Of a DNA stretch of 64,000 nucleotides, positions 38,640 through 50,829 are shown in pieces (the stretch's first letter is position 1; every line of letters starts with the position of its first letter). The notes beneath the pieces are model-generated. The model was not told where the DNA came from, made no database searches, and saw nothing but the letters and a program-made list of their open reading frames with translations. A program made the position numbers and the translations under genes. This stretch comes from Jimgerdemannia flammicorona. Lineage: Eukaryota. The stretch spans positions 1 through 64,000 of the forward strand of contig RBNJ01000001.1 in assembly GCA_003990765.1 (NCBI GenBank), given 5' to 3'.

Positions 38640-39055
38640 TATTATCAAAGTATAGAAAATATAGTACATGGCTACCATCCTCACTAAGACCCATCTCACT
38701 GATACTGGATATAACCTCTATAGTAACCAAGACCTCACTATTCCACCAAGTACTAATGCTACAGTATGAACAGAGATTGCAATACAAGCTCTCAAAGGTA
38801 CATATATCTATCTTGCTGAGTGAAGCAGTCTAGCCAAAGAGTTCAACATTGGGCTAGAAGGAGGAGTAGTTGATCAAAGATTTACTAGTGAAATCTGTAT
38901 CATCTTGTGAAATTTTGGAGATACATCATTTGAAGTTAAAACAGGCCAAAGAATTGCTCAAGTAATCATTGAAGAAATCTATCAAGATCTCACCATTGAA
39001 GAAGTCCCCAAGCTCTCCCAAACAGACTAGGTAAGAAAGAGTTTGAATCAACCAA
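38640..39055 (+). pseudogene. dut: Gypsy D dUTPase (upstream of protease)
   Basis: Manual translation DTGYNLYS, E*SSLAK, GGVVDQRFTSEI, GQRIAQVI. Confidence 0.9.
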
Positions 39056-39308
39056 TAAACCTTCCAGTCAAAGGATCACTACCATGAAGGAAGATGATGA
39101 AAACTGGTATAAGAGAATTGCAGATAGTTATGCACTATATAGATGATACCCTCATTCTATTTGAATGTACTGCATGGAACATATTGGTGAATGCTATGCA
39201 TACCTCTTCAAAGTTTTCAAAATTCAATCCAAGAAGTAGTGCTTTGCAAACTCAACCTGATTAACCTGAAATCCGACCTGTAAAATAGCTAACTCAAAAT
39301 TAGATGTC

Positions 39309-39605
39309 ACCTATCTTTAACCCAATCTGGAATTATATATCACTCATCTTTAACCTGATCTAAAATTATACATTACCTATCTTTAACCTGACCCAGAATT
39401 GTATATTACCTATCTTTAACCTGATCCAGAAAGATACATTATCTATCTTTAACCTAATCCAAAATTAAATATAACCTATCTTTAATCTGACCTAGAAATG
39501 TACATCATCTGACCTGTTATTTACTCTTAACCCAAACCTGAACCTGACCCCTGAACCCGACCCTGAACCCAACCCCTGAACCCAACTCTGGATCTGACCC
39601 TCTGA
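39309..39605 (+). repeat. hAT left subterminal array: about 6 x 33 bp plus ACCCGA-type short repeats
   Basis: Unit approximately ACCTATCTTTAACCTGATCCAGAATTATATATT. Confidence 0.9.
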
Positions 39606-39659
39606 ACTCTGCTCTGAAAAAATAATTCAGATAATATTTGGATAATATTCAGAGCAATT

Positions 39660-42002
39660 AAAAGTGAAAAATATCTGAAGACCACCAAGAATCTAAATAC
39701 ATATATATACAAATTGTATTTACACATAAGCTGTTTCAACATTCAGTCACCAGCTCACCAGTAATAGAAAAAATATATTTAGATGAAACAGATGTTGCTG
39801 AAATAGCAAGATAATTACAAGCCATTTGTGAAAGATTAGGATATACTGACTGATTTTGCCACTATCAATCCAGTATATCTATATGCAGATCAGCTGTATT
39901 CTCTAACAAATAACTAAAACAGAGAAATATGAGTGAAAATTAACCAAACCAACCAAAAAACATAAAAATAACACCTACTATTCAAGCTCATCATTTACAT
40001 TGATGTATTATTTCTTCTTATATATTGAGTTAATAAAATCATCAGCATCATGAGATATTGAGGATATAACAATAGCATTAACAGGCTTATACTTCTTTTC
40101 CCAGATACATTCCATCTGATTCTTCCATTCATCAATTAAGGATTTTTTCCATTGCTTATGATAGAAATAACATATATTGATATGTAGATCTAAGGCCAAA
40201 GCTATACTATATAATGGTGTCATCTTGCAGTAGTACTTTAGAAGTTTCATATATGCATTCTCAGCAGCAGTAAGCATTATCTATAAAAAATAAAAAAATA
40301 AATAGAAATATATACATATTACTTCCCAATTACTTACTAAATTAGTTTCTAAATTCACAAATAAAATTACTTTCAAAATCATATATATACCTGATTAAAA
40401 TGTTCACCAGTTTGATATATATTAATGATATCTTCGAGATGATTAAATAGTGGGATAACAGCCACTATTATAGGATACTTTGAAGCTAACATCATGGTTG
40501 TCACTTTGGCAAAAGGCTTGAGAAATTGGCAAATCAATTCAAATTGTTGCCATGTATCTTCAGATATATTGCTCATTTGCTTATCTATAGTACACAATAT
40601 ATTCAAGCCCTATTTGAATGTAATATTAATTTATTTAGTACCAAAATACTTCTGAATCATATTCCAAAATCTATACAAATAGATTCAAAATCTTATCTTA
40701 TGAATCTCTAGAGCATATGCTAACATTTTATGTATAAAGCTCCATCTTATTGTAATATCTAAGAGAGGCTTCAAAATGGGAATTCTGGAGAATTCACAGA
40801 CTTTTGCCAGTTATGCTTGTTATTACACTGAATTTTTGATCATCTTTATCAACTCTTATAGCTTTCCAATGGGCTTGCCAAGAGAACCAAGAACATCATG
40901 AACAACAATATTCAACACATGCCCAAAACAGTGTATATAAGTGAGCGAATGGTGGAGATTCTCAAACAGAGTATCATTATTACTGGTATTGTCATACACA
41001 ATAGCAATAATTTGATTGTCACTAGGTAATAAATCATCTATTACTAGCTTCAGACTTTTTACAAGATTGGTACCCATGTGTGTTATTTCACTGATATTCA
41101 CAAAGTCTAAGATAATGTTATGTATCTTCCAATCACTGTCAATCCAATGAGCTGTTATTCCAAGAAAGGTCTTGATATTAATGTCCAATGTCCAACAATT
41201 AAGTGTAAGTAATACCTTCAACTTGAGCCCTGCTAGTCTTACTTTCACTTGAGTCTGTAATAGTTTGAATTTCTTTTGAATAACTCATGAAATTGTATCA
41301 GCTGATGGAAGGGCCAGATCAGGGTGTAATATATGAAGAAGATACTTGAAGCCAGTGTTTTCGATAGTGGAGAATGGCTGATATCCAGTGATAATGAAGT
41401 TGGCAATTAACTGACTGAAATTTTCATCACTTAAAGTCTTGCTAGTGTATTCCTATTTGTAATAATAAAATTTTATGAATTATTTTTCTAATAACCTTCT
41501 AAGTACTTCCTGAATTTCATTTTATCCATACTTCTAATATCATCTTTCTTAGACTAGCAAGAATTCTCAGCATGCTGAAGAGGTAAGAGTATAGCATTGT
41601 GATGCTTCTAGAGATATTGTTTAAGATTGTTGATATTGCCATCCTTTGATATATAGCTTCAAGTCATATAATGGTTGCAACTAATGAGCTTACTTTGCAA
41701 ATTCTATTTGAATAGAGAGATATGAGACTATATTAGAACCTCAACTGCTTACAACTGATCACCCTTATGACCAACCACTCTTATAACTGACCACCCTTAT
41801 GACTGATGAGACCAACTACCCCTATAAATGCAACTATTAATACAATGTATAAAACTATCTTTGTAGTATGATTCCACACCCAGCTATTACCAGGTTTTAT
41901 TTTTATTTTTATTCTTATGCTCATTGGTGATAATGAACTAGTGGAGATATCTGATATATTCTTTGATATATCCTCCAATATATTCTCTGATATATCATCC
42001 AA
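39660..42002 (-). pseudogene. Intron-containing hAT transposase (BED-finger remnant, catalytic core, hATC dimerisation domain)
   Basis: LTLNCWT, FLGITAHWIDSDW, DNTSNND, HCFGHVLNI, FLKPF, YPNLSQMACNYLAISATSVSS; AT-rich putative introns near 39900-39975, 40281-40390, 40610-40710 and 41450-41505. Confidence 0.9.
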
Positions 42003-42416
42003 CAGTTCTAAGATTTCTTATAAATATACTTCTTGATCTTTAGATATTTTGAAAAGTATTTGATGGTGGTGGGGACTGGAAGCTTGAGTGGGAGGCCAAG
42101 AGCTGGAAAGTGGCTAGGAAGTGGTAAGCTAGGGAGTGGCAAACTGGAGAATGAGCTAGGGGGGAATGAGCTAGGGGAGCAGTAAACTAGGGGGTGGAGA
42201 GTTGGGGGGAGGTAATAAGTGGTGGAGAAAGCCAGGAACTGTGGGGCCTGGAACAAGAGTCAGCAAGCTGGGGAGTAGTGAGATGGAGAGCAGCGAGGTA
42301 GTGGCATAAGATACAATAGCCAATGATTGATTGTAGATAGAGAATGGATGAATAAATATATATGGGTAGTGAACTGGTACCTATCATGCAACTGCAAACA
42401 GCAAACATACTTTGGA

Positions 42417-42885
42417 GATTCAGTGTGTTCTGCATAAGCCTTGATTGAGCAAGGTTTATAATAATGTTTGAATGAGGTTTGTGGTACATTTGAGTAAGAT
42501 TTGCAGTGAGGTTCAAGCAAGATTTGCAAGCAAGATTAAAGCAAGATTTGCAAGTAAGATTAAAGTGAGATTTATAAGTAAGAGTAAGATTTGCATAAGC
42601 CAGGCTTTGTAAGTCTTACACTTGCAAGCCTGGACAAGCTCAGTTACAAGCTGATATGATGTGTATATAAGCTGATATCATATAATATCAGCTATCAGCT
42701 GAGCTTGCAAGCATAAGGCTTGCAAAGTCTGGCTTATGCAAATCTCACTTTAATCTTACTTGCAAAATCTCACTCAAACCTCACTGCAAATCTCACTGCA
42801 AATCTTGCTCAAATGTATTACAAACCTCACTCAAACATCATTGCAAACCTCACTCAATCAGAGCTTATGCAGAACCTGCTGAATC
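42417..42885. repeat. Long imperfect palindrome 1 (arms about 200 bp)
   Basis: GATTCAG..GTTCTGCATAAGC..TGATTGAG.. at 42417 is the reverse complement of the sequence ending at 42885. Confidence 0.9.
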
Positions 42886-42891
42886 ATACAG

Positions 42892-43096
42892 AGAGGAGTG
42901 GAATGCAGTAAGGAAAGCTCCAGATTGTAAGTATAAGTATAAGCATAAGTATATGCTTTGCTCTGCTCAGTCTGATAAGCTAATAATAAGCTAATATTAT
43001 GTGATATCAGCTATCAGCTGAGCGAAGCAAAGCTTGTGCTTATGCTTATGCTTATGCTTACAATCTAGAGCTTTTCTCACTATATTCCACTCCTCT
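42892..43096. repeat. Imperfect palindrome 2 (arms about 80 bp)
   Basis: AGAGGAGTGGAAT...GCTCAG pairs with CTGAGC...ATTCCACTCCTCT. Confidence 0.9.
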
Positions 43097-43425
43097 TGCA
43101 TTCCACTCCTCTTGCACAACTCTCACATATTCCTCCACCTCCCTCACTCTCATTCCTCAGATTGCAAACAATATGCAATTTAGAAATGAGTTTTGAAAGA
43201 GATTTTGAAGAGATTCCAAAAGAGATTTCAAAGAGATTCTGAAAGAGCTTCTGAAAAAGATTTCAGAGAGATTCCAAAAGAGCTTCTGAAAGATATTATA
43301 GCTTTTGAACATTTAAGATATCAAAAGCTTACTTTTGCCTCTCATTCTTTTCACCTTATCCTTTACTTCATTTCATCCTGTACTTCACCCCACTTAATTC
43401 ACTACTATGTTGAGAAAATGTGGAT

Positions 43426-44514
43426 ATGACTGCCCAGTCAATAAGTATTTACTTGGTCCCCCCCAAGCTTGATGTGCTTCAGCTCACCATCCCAAAGCTC
43501 AGTACTCTAAAGATACCCAGCTTGCTGACACTCAGCCTGCTGAGCTTGCCAACACTCAGCCTGCCAAGCTTGCTGACACCCTACCAAGCTTGCTGACACC
43601 CAGCCTGCCGAGCTTGCCAACACCCAGGTTGCTGAGCTCACTGACTCCTAGCTCACTAACCTTCAGCTCTCTGATCTCCAGCTTGACTGCCAGCTCACCA
43701 CTAGTCCACAAGCACAAGGTCCCCCACTAGATCTCAATAATATAGCTCAAAAAGTTAGTTTTTTTTTTTTTTTCTTTTTAAATCAATGTTTGAATTTTTT
43801 TTCTAATAATATTCGAAATTTACATATCCTCTAGCTTCTAAGTCTGGGCCAGAGTATAAATCTTGCTACAATTGCCATTTTTGCCATCAAGTTTGCCCAA
43901 GTACTATCTGGAAGTATTACCAAACCAATTTCCCAGATACTCCAAATCTTACAGAGAAAAGGCCTTATAAATTAGACATTAGGTGTACTTTCACTATGAC
44001 CAATAAATGTATTAAGAAAGTATATAATGACCAACTGAGGCAAGAAGTCATAAGAGCAATAGAAAACTATGTGAAAATTATGGAATATTCATCATACCAC
44101 ACCAGCTTCAAGGTGAATGCCAAAGCATAGAATAAGCAAGGTTGTTCAGATGGAATTATCATCATGGATGAACATGAAAAACTGCTGGTCATATTTGAAT
44201 AAGTATTAGTGAAGAATGACAAAATGCTTTATATATGACTGATAGATAGCAGACTTGTGCATTTTATTGAAGAGGGTGATGATGGAGGAGATGGAGAGGT
44301 GAGAGAGGTCAGTGCCAGTAGAGGGGTTGGTGCCAGTAGAGAGATCAGTAGAGAGGTTAGTATGGGGGAGGTCAGTATAGGGGAGGTTGGCACAGGAGAG
44401 GTTAGTGTGGAGGAGGTTGGTACAGAGAAGGATATGGAGGAGGAGGATATAGAGAAAAGTGGTTTGGAATATATAGAGGAAGATGGTTCAGAATATGAGA
44501 AGGAGGAGGATTAG
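43426..44514 (+). pseudogene. Second, divergently oriented hAT cargo gene of unknown function (repeat exon, intron, globular region, acidic tail)
   Basis: GTTAGT..poly(T)..CTAG putative intron 43754-43834; frame 43837-44514 has only 3 internal stops and ends in a Glu-rich tail; the 5' boundary is uncertain. Confidence 0.5.
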
Positions 44515-44719
44515 TTAGTTTATAGTAATGAAGAGTAAGATCTGTTTACACTAATAAGTTCTTTATTTTTCTGATTTATCTTCTATTTATTTTCAATTTC
44601 ATTTTGATTTCTGATTCCTAATTATGTTTCTGTTTATTTATTCTAAATATATATCTTAGATATACAATATTTTTTTTTTGGTGCCTTGTAGCTTAAAGGC
44701 AGATTAAAGATGGGTCTGT

Positions 44720-45000
44720 ATTGGGTTAAATATGGGTCAGGGTCAGGTCACATATATTTCTTGGGTTGGGTCATATATATTTCTCAGATTGGGTTAAAAA
44801 TGGATTACATATAATTCTGGGTTGGGTTAAAGACAGGTGACATATGTTTTCAGATCAGGTTAAAGATGGGTGATATTTAATTCCAGGTCGGGTTAAAGAT
44901 GAGTAACATATAATTCTGACTCAAGTTAAAGACAGGTGACATATATTTCCAGATTGGGTTAAAGATGGGTGATATATAATTCTGGATTGGGTTAAATATA
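44720..45000 (-). repeat. hAT right subterminal 33-bp array (inverted relative to the left array)
   Basis: About 8 units GGGTTAAAGATGGGTGATATATAATTCTGGATT. Confidence 0.9.
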
Positions 45001-46447
45001 TACACAGGTCAGCTCAGGTTGTGATATACTACTAAGAAGTGCCAAGCCCAACAGACTGAGGAACTCAAACAGGACTACCCTTCTTGTAAAATATAGGAAG
45101 AAACTGACTTTGAGAAGACTGACAGTAATTGGGACAACAATGAGGATGAAGAACTCAATATCATCAAAAAGGAGAACAGTTGTATCAAGTTCACAGATTA
45201 AGTTCACAGACAGAATGTCAATATTTTGCTTGATAGTGGTGTTACTGGAAACTATATCAGCACTAAGACTGCTAAGAGGATTGGAGCCCAGAGCAGACCA
45301 GCTACTGAGAAAAGAAGTGTTACCTTTAGTGATGGTAAGACTGCACCACTGACTAAGATCTGCAAAGATCTCTTGCTCAAGATTGACAAATATCAAGAGA
45401 AGATGGACTTAAGTATTGTAGATCTCCCAGGATAAGATATTATCCTAAGAAAAGCCTGGTTGACCCAGCACAACCCAGACATTAACTGGAGAACCAATGA
45501 GGTTAATCTGACCTATGAAGACAGAAAGATCACCCTGATACCCCAGAAAGATACCAACCATCAAGGAATCGAAATCATCTCTGCTATTCAAATGAAGAGA
45601 CTCTCTCAAAAAAGGAAAACATCTACTTTATCTGCACTATACAAGAAGTCACTGAAGCTACAAGTAGCCCAATCCCAACAGAAGCTCAAGAACTGTTCAA
45701 GGAATTCCAAGATATATTTCAAGACCCTCAAGGACTTTTACCAAAGCACCAAATCCAATATAAAATTGACCTTATTCTAGGATCTGAACCCCTATACAAG
45801 AGTATCTATCAACTGGCCCAATCTGAACTCAAGACCCTCAAGGATGAGTTGATCAAGCTACTGACCTAAGGATATATTAAAATCAGCCACTCTCCATTTG
45901 GAGCCTCCATTCTATTTGTCAAGAAGAAAGATAGCTCTCTGTGAATGTGTATTGACTACAGAGCCCTCAACAAGATTACTATCCAGAACTAGTATGCCTT
46001 GTTGAGGATTGATGAGTTGCTATACCAAATCTTCAAGGCCAAGACCTTTTCTCTGCTAGACTTGTGAAATAGCTACCATCAGATTCTCATTGATGAGAAG
46101 GATATTGAAAAGACAGCTTTCTGAACATGGTTTGGACACTACCAGTTCCAAGTCATGCCTTTTGGTTTAACCAATATACTAGCAACATTCCAGTATCTGA
46201 TGAATGACATCTTTGGACCACTCCTCAACATCTGTATCCTTGTGTATATTGATAATATACTAATTTATAGTGAAACAGTAGAGTTATACTATACCCATCT
46301 CAGACAGACACTAACTCTTCTGTGAGAACACTAGCTCTATGCTAAGATGAGCAAATACAAGTTCTATCAAGACCAGATTGAGTACCTAGGACATATTATC
46401 TCTGCTGAAGGTATCAATGTAGACTCCTGAAAGGTATCAGCCCTTAA

Positions 46448-47580
46448 TGGACAACACAGGCAATACAAGCAACATGGGCAATATGGGCAACATGGGCAAC
46501 ATGGGCAGGCAAGATGGGCAAGACAGGCAAGATGAGCAAGACAGGCAAGACAAGCAAGACAGGCAAGATGGGCAAGATAGTAAGATAGGCAACATGGGCA
46601 AGATGGGCAGACAGCAAGACAGGTAATATGGGCAAAATGAGCAAAATGGACAAAATGGGCAACACAGGCAACACAGGCAACATGGGCAACATGGGCAACA
46701 TGGGCAACATGGGTAATACAGGAAACATAGGTAACACAGGCAATATGGGTAAGTAAGACAGGCAAGATGGGCAAGACAGCAAGATGACAAGACAGGCGAT
46801 ATGGGCAAGATGGGTAAGACAGGTAAGACAGGCAAGATGGCAAGATAGCAAGATGGGTGAGATGGGCAAGATAGGCAGACAGCAAGACAGGTGACATGGG
46901 CAAAATGGGAAAAATGGGCAAAATGGGCAAAATGGGCAATATGGGCAATATGACAACATGGGTATACAATATGGGCAATACAGGCAACATGGGCAATATA
47001 GGCAATATGGGCAACATGGGCAGGCAACATGGGCAACACAGACAACATAGGCAACATGAGCAACATAGGCAACATGGGCAATATGGACAACATGGGAAAC
47101 ACAGGCAATACAGATAGGCAAGATGGGCAAGACAGGTAAGACAGGCAAAATGGTAAGATGGGCAACATAGGCAAGACAGGTAGACAGCAAGATAGGCGAT
47201 ATGGGTAAGACAGGCAAAATAGGCAAAACAGGCAATATGGGCAATACAGGTAATACAGGCAACATGGGCAACATGGGCAGGCAAGATAGGTAAGATGGGC
47301 AAGATAGACAAGATGGGCAAGATGAGCAAGATGGCAAGATAGCAATATGGGCAACATAGGTGGGCAAGACAGATAGACAGCAAGATAGATGACATGGGCA
47401 AGACAGGCAAAACAGGCAAAACAGGCAACATGGGCAATACAGGTAATACAGGCAACATGGGCAACATGGGCAGGCAAGATAGGTAAGATGGGCAAGATAG
47501 ACAAGATGGGCAAGATGAGCAAGATGGCAAGATAGCAATATGAGCAACATGGGTAGACAAGACAGGCTAAATGGGTAAGA
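46448..47580 (+). repeat. 9-bp minisatellite (GGGCAAGAT/GGGCAACAT/AGGCAAGAC) with a ~190-bp higher-order duplication
   Basis: Seen directly; occasional 8- and 13-nt units. Confidence 0.95.
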
Positions 47581-47841
47581 TAAGAGGCACTAATAGGGGT
47601 AGGTCAGATGTACTAGATGCCAAGTACTTGAGGTGGTTGGGACTCACAACTCATACCCACTAGATGGGGCAGACTGGGTAGGAGTATCTAGTTACTTGGG
47701 CAGTGAGGTTGCAACTCATACCCTAAAGGTATAAAGCTAGGTAAGTGTAAAGATGGATTGAGATTGGGGTGGAATGGGGCTACTGATGTGGTATAAGGAC
47801 ATGTAGCATGTTATAGATAGTTAATAAAAGGAAACTCAGAA

Positions 47842-47889
<48 letters not shown>
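46448..47889 (+). mobile_element. Retroposed poly(A)-tailed insertion made mostly of a 9-bp tandem repeat
   Basis: 17-bp TSD AAGGTATCAG(C/T)CCTTAA (46431-46447, 47890-47906); AATAAA at 47823; poly(A) of about 47 nt; interrupts the D pol frame. Confidence 0.9.
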
Positions 47890-47893
<4 letters not shown>

Positions 47894-48979
47894 TATCAGT
47901 CCTTAAGGATATTTCTATCCCTACCACTCTCAAGCTACTTCAGTGTTTTCTGGATATTGTCAGTTACTACCAAAGATTTATCCAAGGATACTATGCTATT
48001 GCAGTCCCACTGACTAGCCTGACCTACAAAGGGTTAAAACATCAAGACTGAATAGACCCCCAAATATATCCAGACTATAGACTATCTCAAGAGACTCCTT
48101 ACCAAGACCCCAGTGCTAATTGCACCTAATTCTACTATGCCATTCACTCTGACCACAGATGCTTCTGATATTGCCATTAGGGTAGTACTCAGCCAAGAAG
48201 ACTGCCCAGTGGCCTACCTTTCCCAAAAGCTCAAGCCAGCTAAGACCCAGTATACTACTCATGAGAAGGAACTTCTGGTCATTATCACTACACTCCAAGA
48301 ATATGTAAGAGGGTTGCTTTTTAGGGTAACCATTATGTAGTTCTGGAAGGGTTTTCTGGAAGTTCTGGATGTTCTGGAAGACCGCTTTCTTATGGTCAAG
48401 ATCAATTTCATATGGAGTATATTCTCTATGCTTATTGATTTCAAGTTTGGGTTGACGTCTCAACCAAAGTCCTTTTTGGACTAGTTCTGGATATTCAGGA
48501 TTTTCCATATTTCAGGAAGTTCAAGAAACTAAGACCAGCTTAGTTGAATTGGCATATCGCTGCAGACAATACCCAATTAGGAAATTTCATGACAGGGTTA
48601 GAAGTGGGATCTAACAGGGAGCAGATTTACTTAAGAGTATTTTGGGGGTTATTAAATAGGTTTATTCGCTATTTATGATATTGCTATACTAGGAGTAGTT
48701 GTGTGAAGGGATATTATGGGGAAGTGTTCAGGAATGTTCTTGTGTATTTTTTGTCTGAGATTCTGAGGTCTGGGGGAGGGGGTATTTATACTAGTGAGGG
48801 GCTATCTGGACTATGCTAGATATAGATGTAGCATTAAGTACCTTGCTGAGTCGGAATGCAGTCACATAGTACAAGTGTGATCTGACATGTCAAGAGATCA
48901 TCTGACTGCTGAGTCAGTTCATAGTCATGTCATACAAGGCTAATCTAACTATACTATGTCTGCTAGGCTATTTATAGAT

Positions 48980-49441
48980 TTAGGCACTATCTGGGTAGTC
49001 TTCAATAATATCACCATTGATTGCATTATCTCTGATAAAGTAGTCATCTAGGAAGAGTGGTTCGCGGATTACTTCTCCTTGTTTGCTGAGGTAATAATAC
49101 ATTGGAACTTCGTCACCATCCCATAGAATAGCATTGTCTGTCTCATATGCTGGATAAGGTGTTGGTGGACAAAGGAGGAGTACATCATCTTCACTTTCAT
49201 TGGATTCACTATCTGCATACCTTCTGTAGGTTACAGCACTATGAGTCACAGGGTTGTAGTAAGCTGGTAGCTGTGGTTCATGTTGCTCATACTCAGGTGG
49301 TAGAGTGGTTGGTTCAATCTTGAGGGTTGTCTGGAGATATAGGTTGTGTTCTCTGATCTCTTCATTGTAGTTGAAGTAATCAGGGGTAAATACAGGTTGG
49401 TATTCATACCAGTGGTCATTGTCCTAATAAGTCTTATATAT
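48980..49441 (-). pseudogene. E LTR ORF-B, 3' LTR copy (stop and start mutated)
   Basis: Copy of 57561-58022. Confidence 0.6.
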
Positions 49442-49453
49442 GGTTATAAATTG

Positions 49454-50079
49454 TTGTAAATTCATCAGCAAGGTTGGTAGTGTAATTAGTGTTGGCAGAG
49501 ATCCTTAGCTTAGGGTCATATTGGTGTCAGAGGGATCATTGTCTTCTGCTTCATCTTTATCGAACTGGATTATATCATAAACATCCTTCATAGCATATCT
49601 AACTTGGGACATTTGCAGGATATAGTCATTGGGGTGTGGGAAGGTTCTGTCTGTAGTTTTAATGTACTCGAGATACTTGTGGTTGATTTCTTGTATCATA
49701 TATCATCGATTTGGCCATAGGATAGGGTAGCAACCATTTTGCTGGTAGTAACTTGGAGTCGAGGAATAAAGGTACTGTACTCATAGAAGAGTTCTTGATA
49801 TTTGTGGGCAATGAGCTTCTGGTATTGAGACATCTGAGTAATGTCTGTATCATGGTGGTGTTTGATCATATCTTCCAGGAGGCAGCCAATCTGGTAGTAG
49901 CTTGAGATTTGTCCAATTCGGTGGACCTTGCTAAGCATGTTCAGAGTATTTCATCAGACTTCCATAAAGTAGAGGGGTGCTAGGCTATGGATATTCATGA
50001 GGGGCAGAGGGGGTGTGGCTCAGTTGACAATGGCATTCCAAATGTCAGCATGGATATGAGTATAGATCTCAGTGGTCAT
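49454..50079 (-). pseudogene. E LTR ORF-A (ORF3 family), 3' LTR copy
   Basis: ORFs 49696-49938 and 49505-49699 are joined across a 2-nt insertion; SSYYQIGCLL...LIAHKYQELF...IPRLQVTTSKMVATL. Confidence 0.7.
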
Positions 50080-50829
50080 ATTTGTGTGTTTAAAAGTTGT
50101 AGTTGTTGTTTGTTTTGGTTCTCTGATTCGACGCATCTCAGTACTCAGTATATATATATTTGGTCCTAATTGGTAAGATTCTATTTGTGTGAATCTTGTA
50201 TTCTGTGACTTTATATTGACTCAGCTTTGTATACTGTAACTTCAGTTTGACTCAGCTTTGTGATCGAGCAGGTGATTTCCAGATTTGTTCAGAGGTCGCA
50301 TGTGATTTCAGTGACTTGTTCAGAGGGTGACATGTAATTTCGGTGGCTTAGAGGTTGTGTGCTTACAACTCTCCCCTTCTTAGCTTTCGACATCCTTGTT
50401 GGGGTATTCTAATTTTGTTCTAGTGTTGTTATACTGTTTGGGAGGTTAAAAGTCCAGTAAAGTCCATTTTTTCAGAAAGTGGCATGCTTATAGTACAGTT
50501 GTCTAATGTGTTGGATTCATATGTTAAAGAGTCATGTGTTCAATACCATGTACTGGAAGTGATTCTGACATCATTCACTGCTGGAGAATTTCCTCTACAA
50601 AATCTTCTTAAATATCTATGCCTCGTTTCTCACCAGTGGTATGGGGAGAATAGGCTGGCTTTCAGTTTTGCTACTTTTTGCAGAGGGTCAGTATTCTTGT
50701 CTTATTTCACTGAGTTCTTGATTTTTGATAATTATAGTGTTCGTAAGGATAATATATAGTATATATGGATAGGTGTGGAGTATTTGGTTTTAGTTGTTCA
50801 AGGAATCATATTTCTGAACTAGGTTGGTA

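Larger units (their letters stand above)
39237..45031 (-). mobile_element. hAT-superfamily DNA transposon (F) inserted in D
   Basis: 8-bp TSD CCAAGAAG (39229-39236) / CTAAGAAG (45032-45039); degenerate TIRs starting TAGT; inverted subterminal 33-bp arrays; internal hAT transposase. Confidence 0.9.
45190..48303 (+). pseudogene. pol: Gypsy D protease - RT - RNase H (interrupted at 46448-47906)
   Basis: ILLDSGVTGNYIS; MCIDYRALN; MPFGLTN; VYIDN; YLGHIIS; TTDASDIAI, YTTHEKELL. Confidence 0.9.
48304..50367 (-). repeat. 3' LTR of Gypsy E
   Basis: Direct repeat of 56884-58946. Confidence 0.96.

Noticed and set aside
39309-39507. 33-bp regular repeats as a CRISPR array
   Set aside because: Tandem units without unique spacers, no cas genes, eukaryotic transposon end.
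43864-43902. CxxCxxCxxxCP ferredoxin-like 4Fe-4S motif (CYNCHFCHQVCP)
   Set aside because: TGC and CAT codons are the expected CpG-decay products of Arg codons (e.g. RYNRRFRRQVRP); not credible without a family consensus.
46367-47560. Three long Cys/Leu/Pro-rich minus-strand ORFs resembling metallothionein or keratin-associated proteins
   Set aside because: All three frames are open because of the 9-bp repeat; poly(A) and AATAAA show the transcript was the plus strand.
47580-47845. Hammerhead ribozyme or Pol III SINE head in the retroposon tail
   Set aside because: No intact CTGANGA..GAAA core with stems and no A/B boxes seen.
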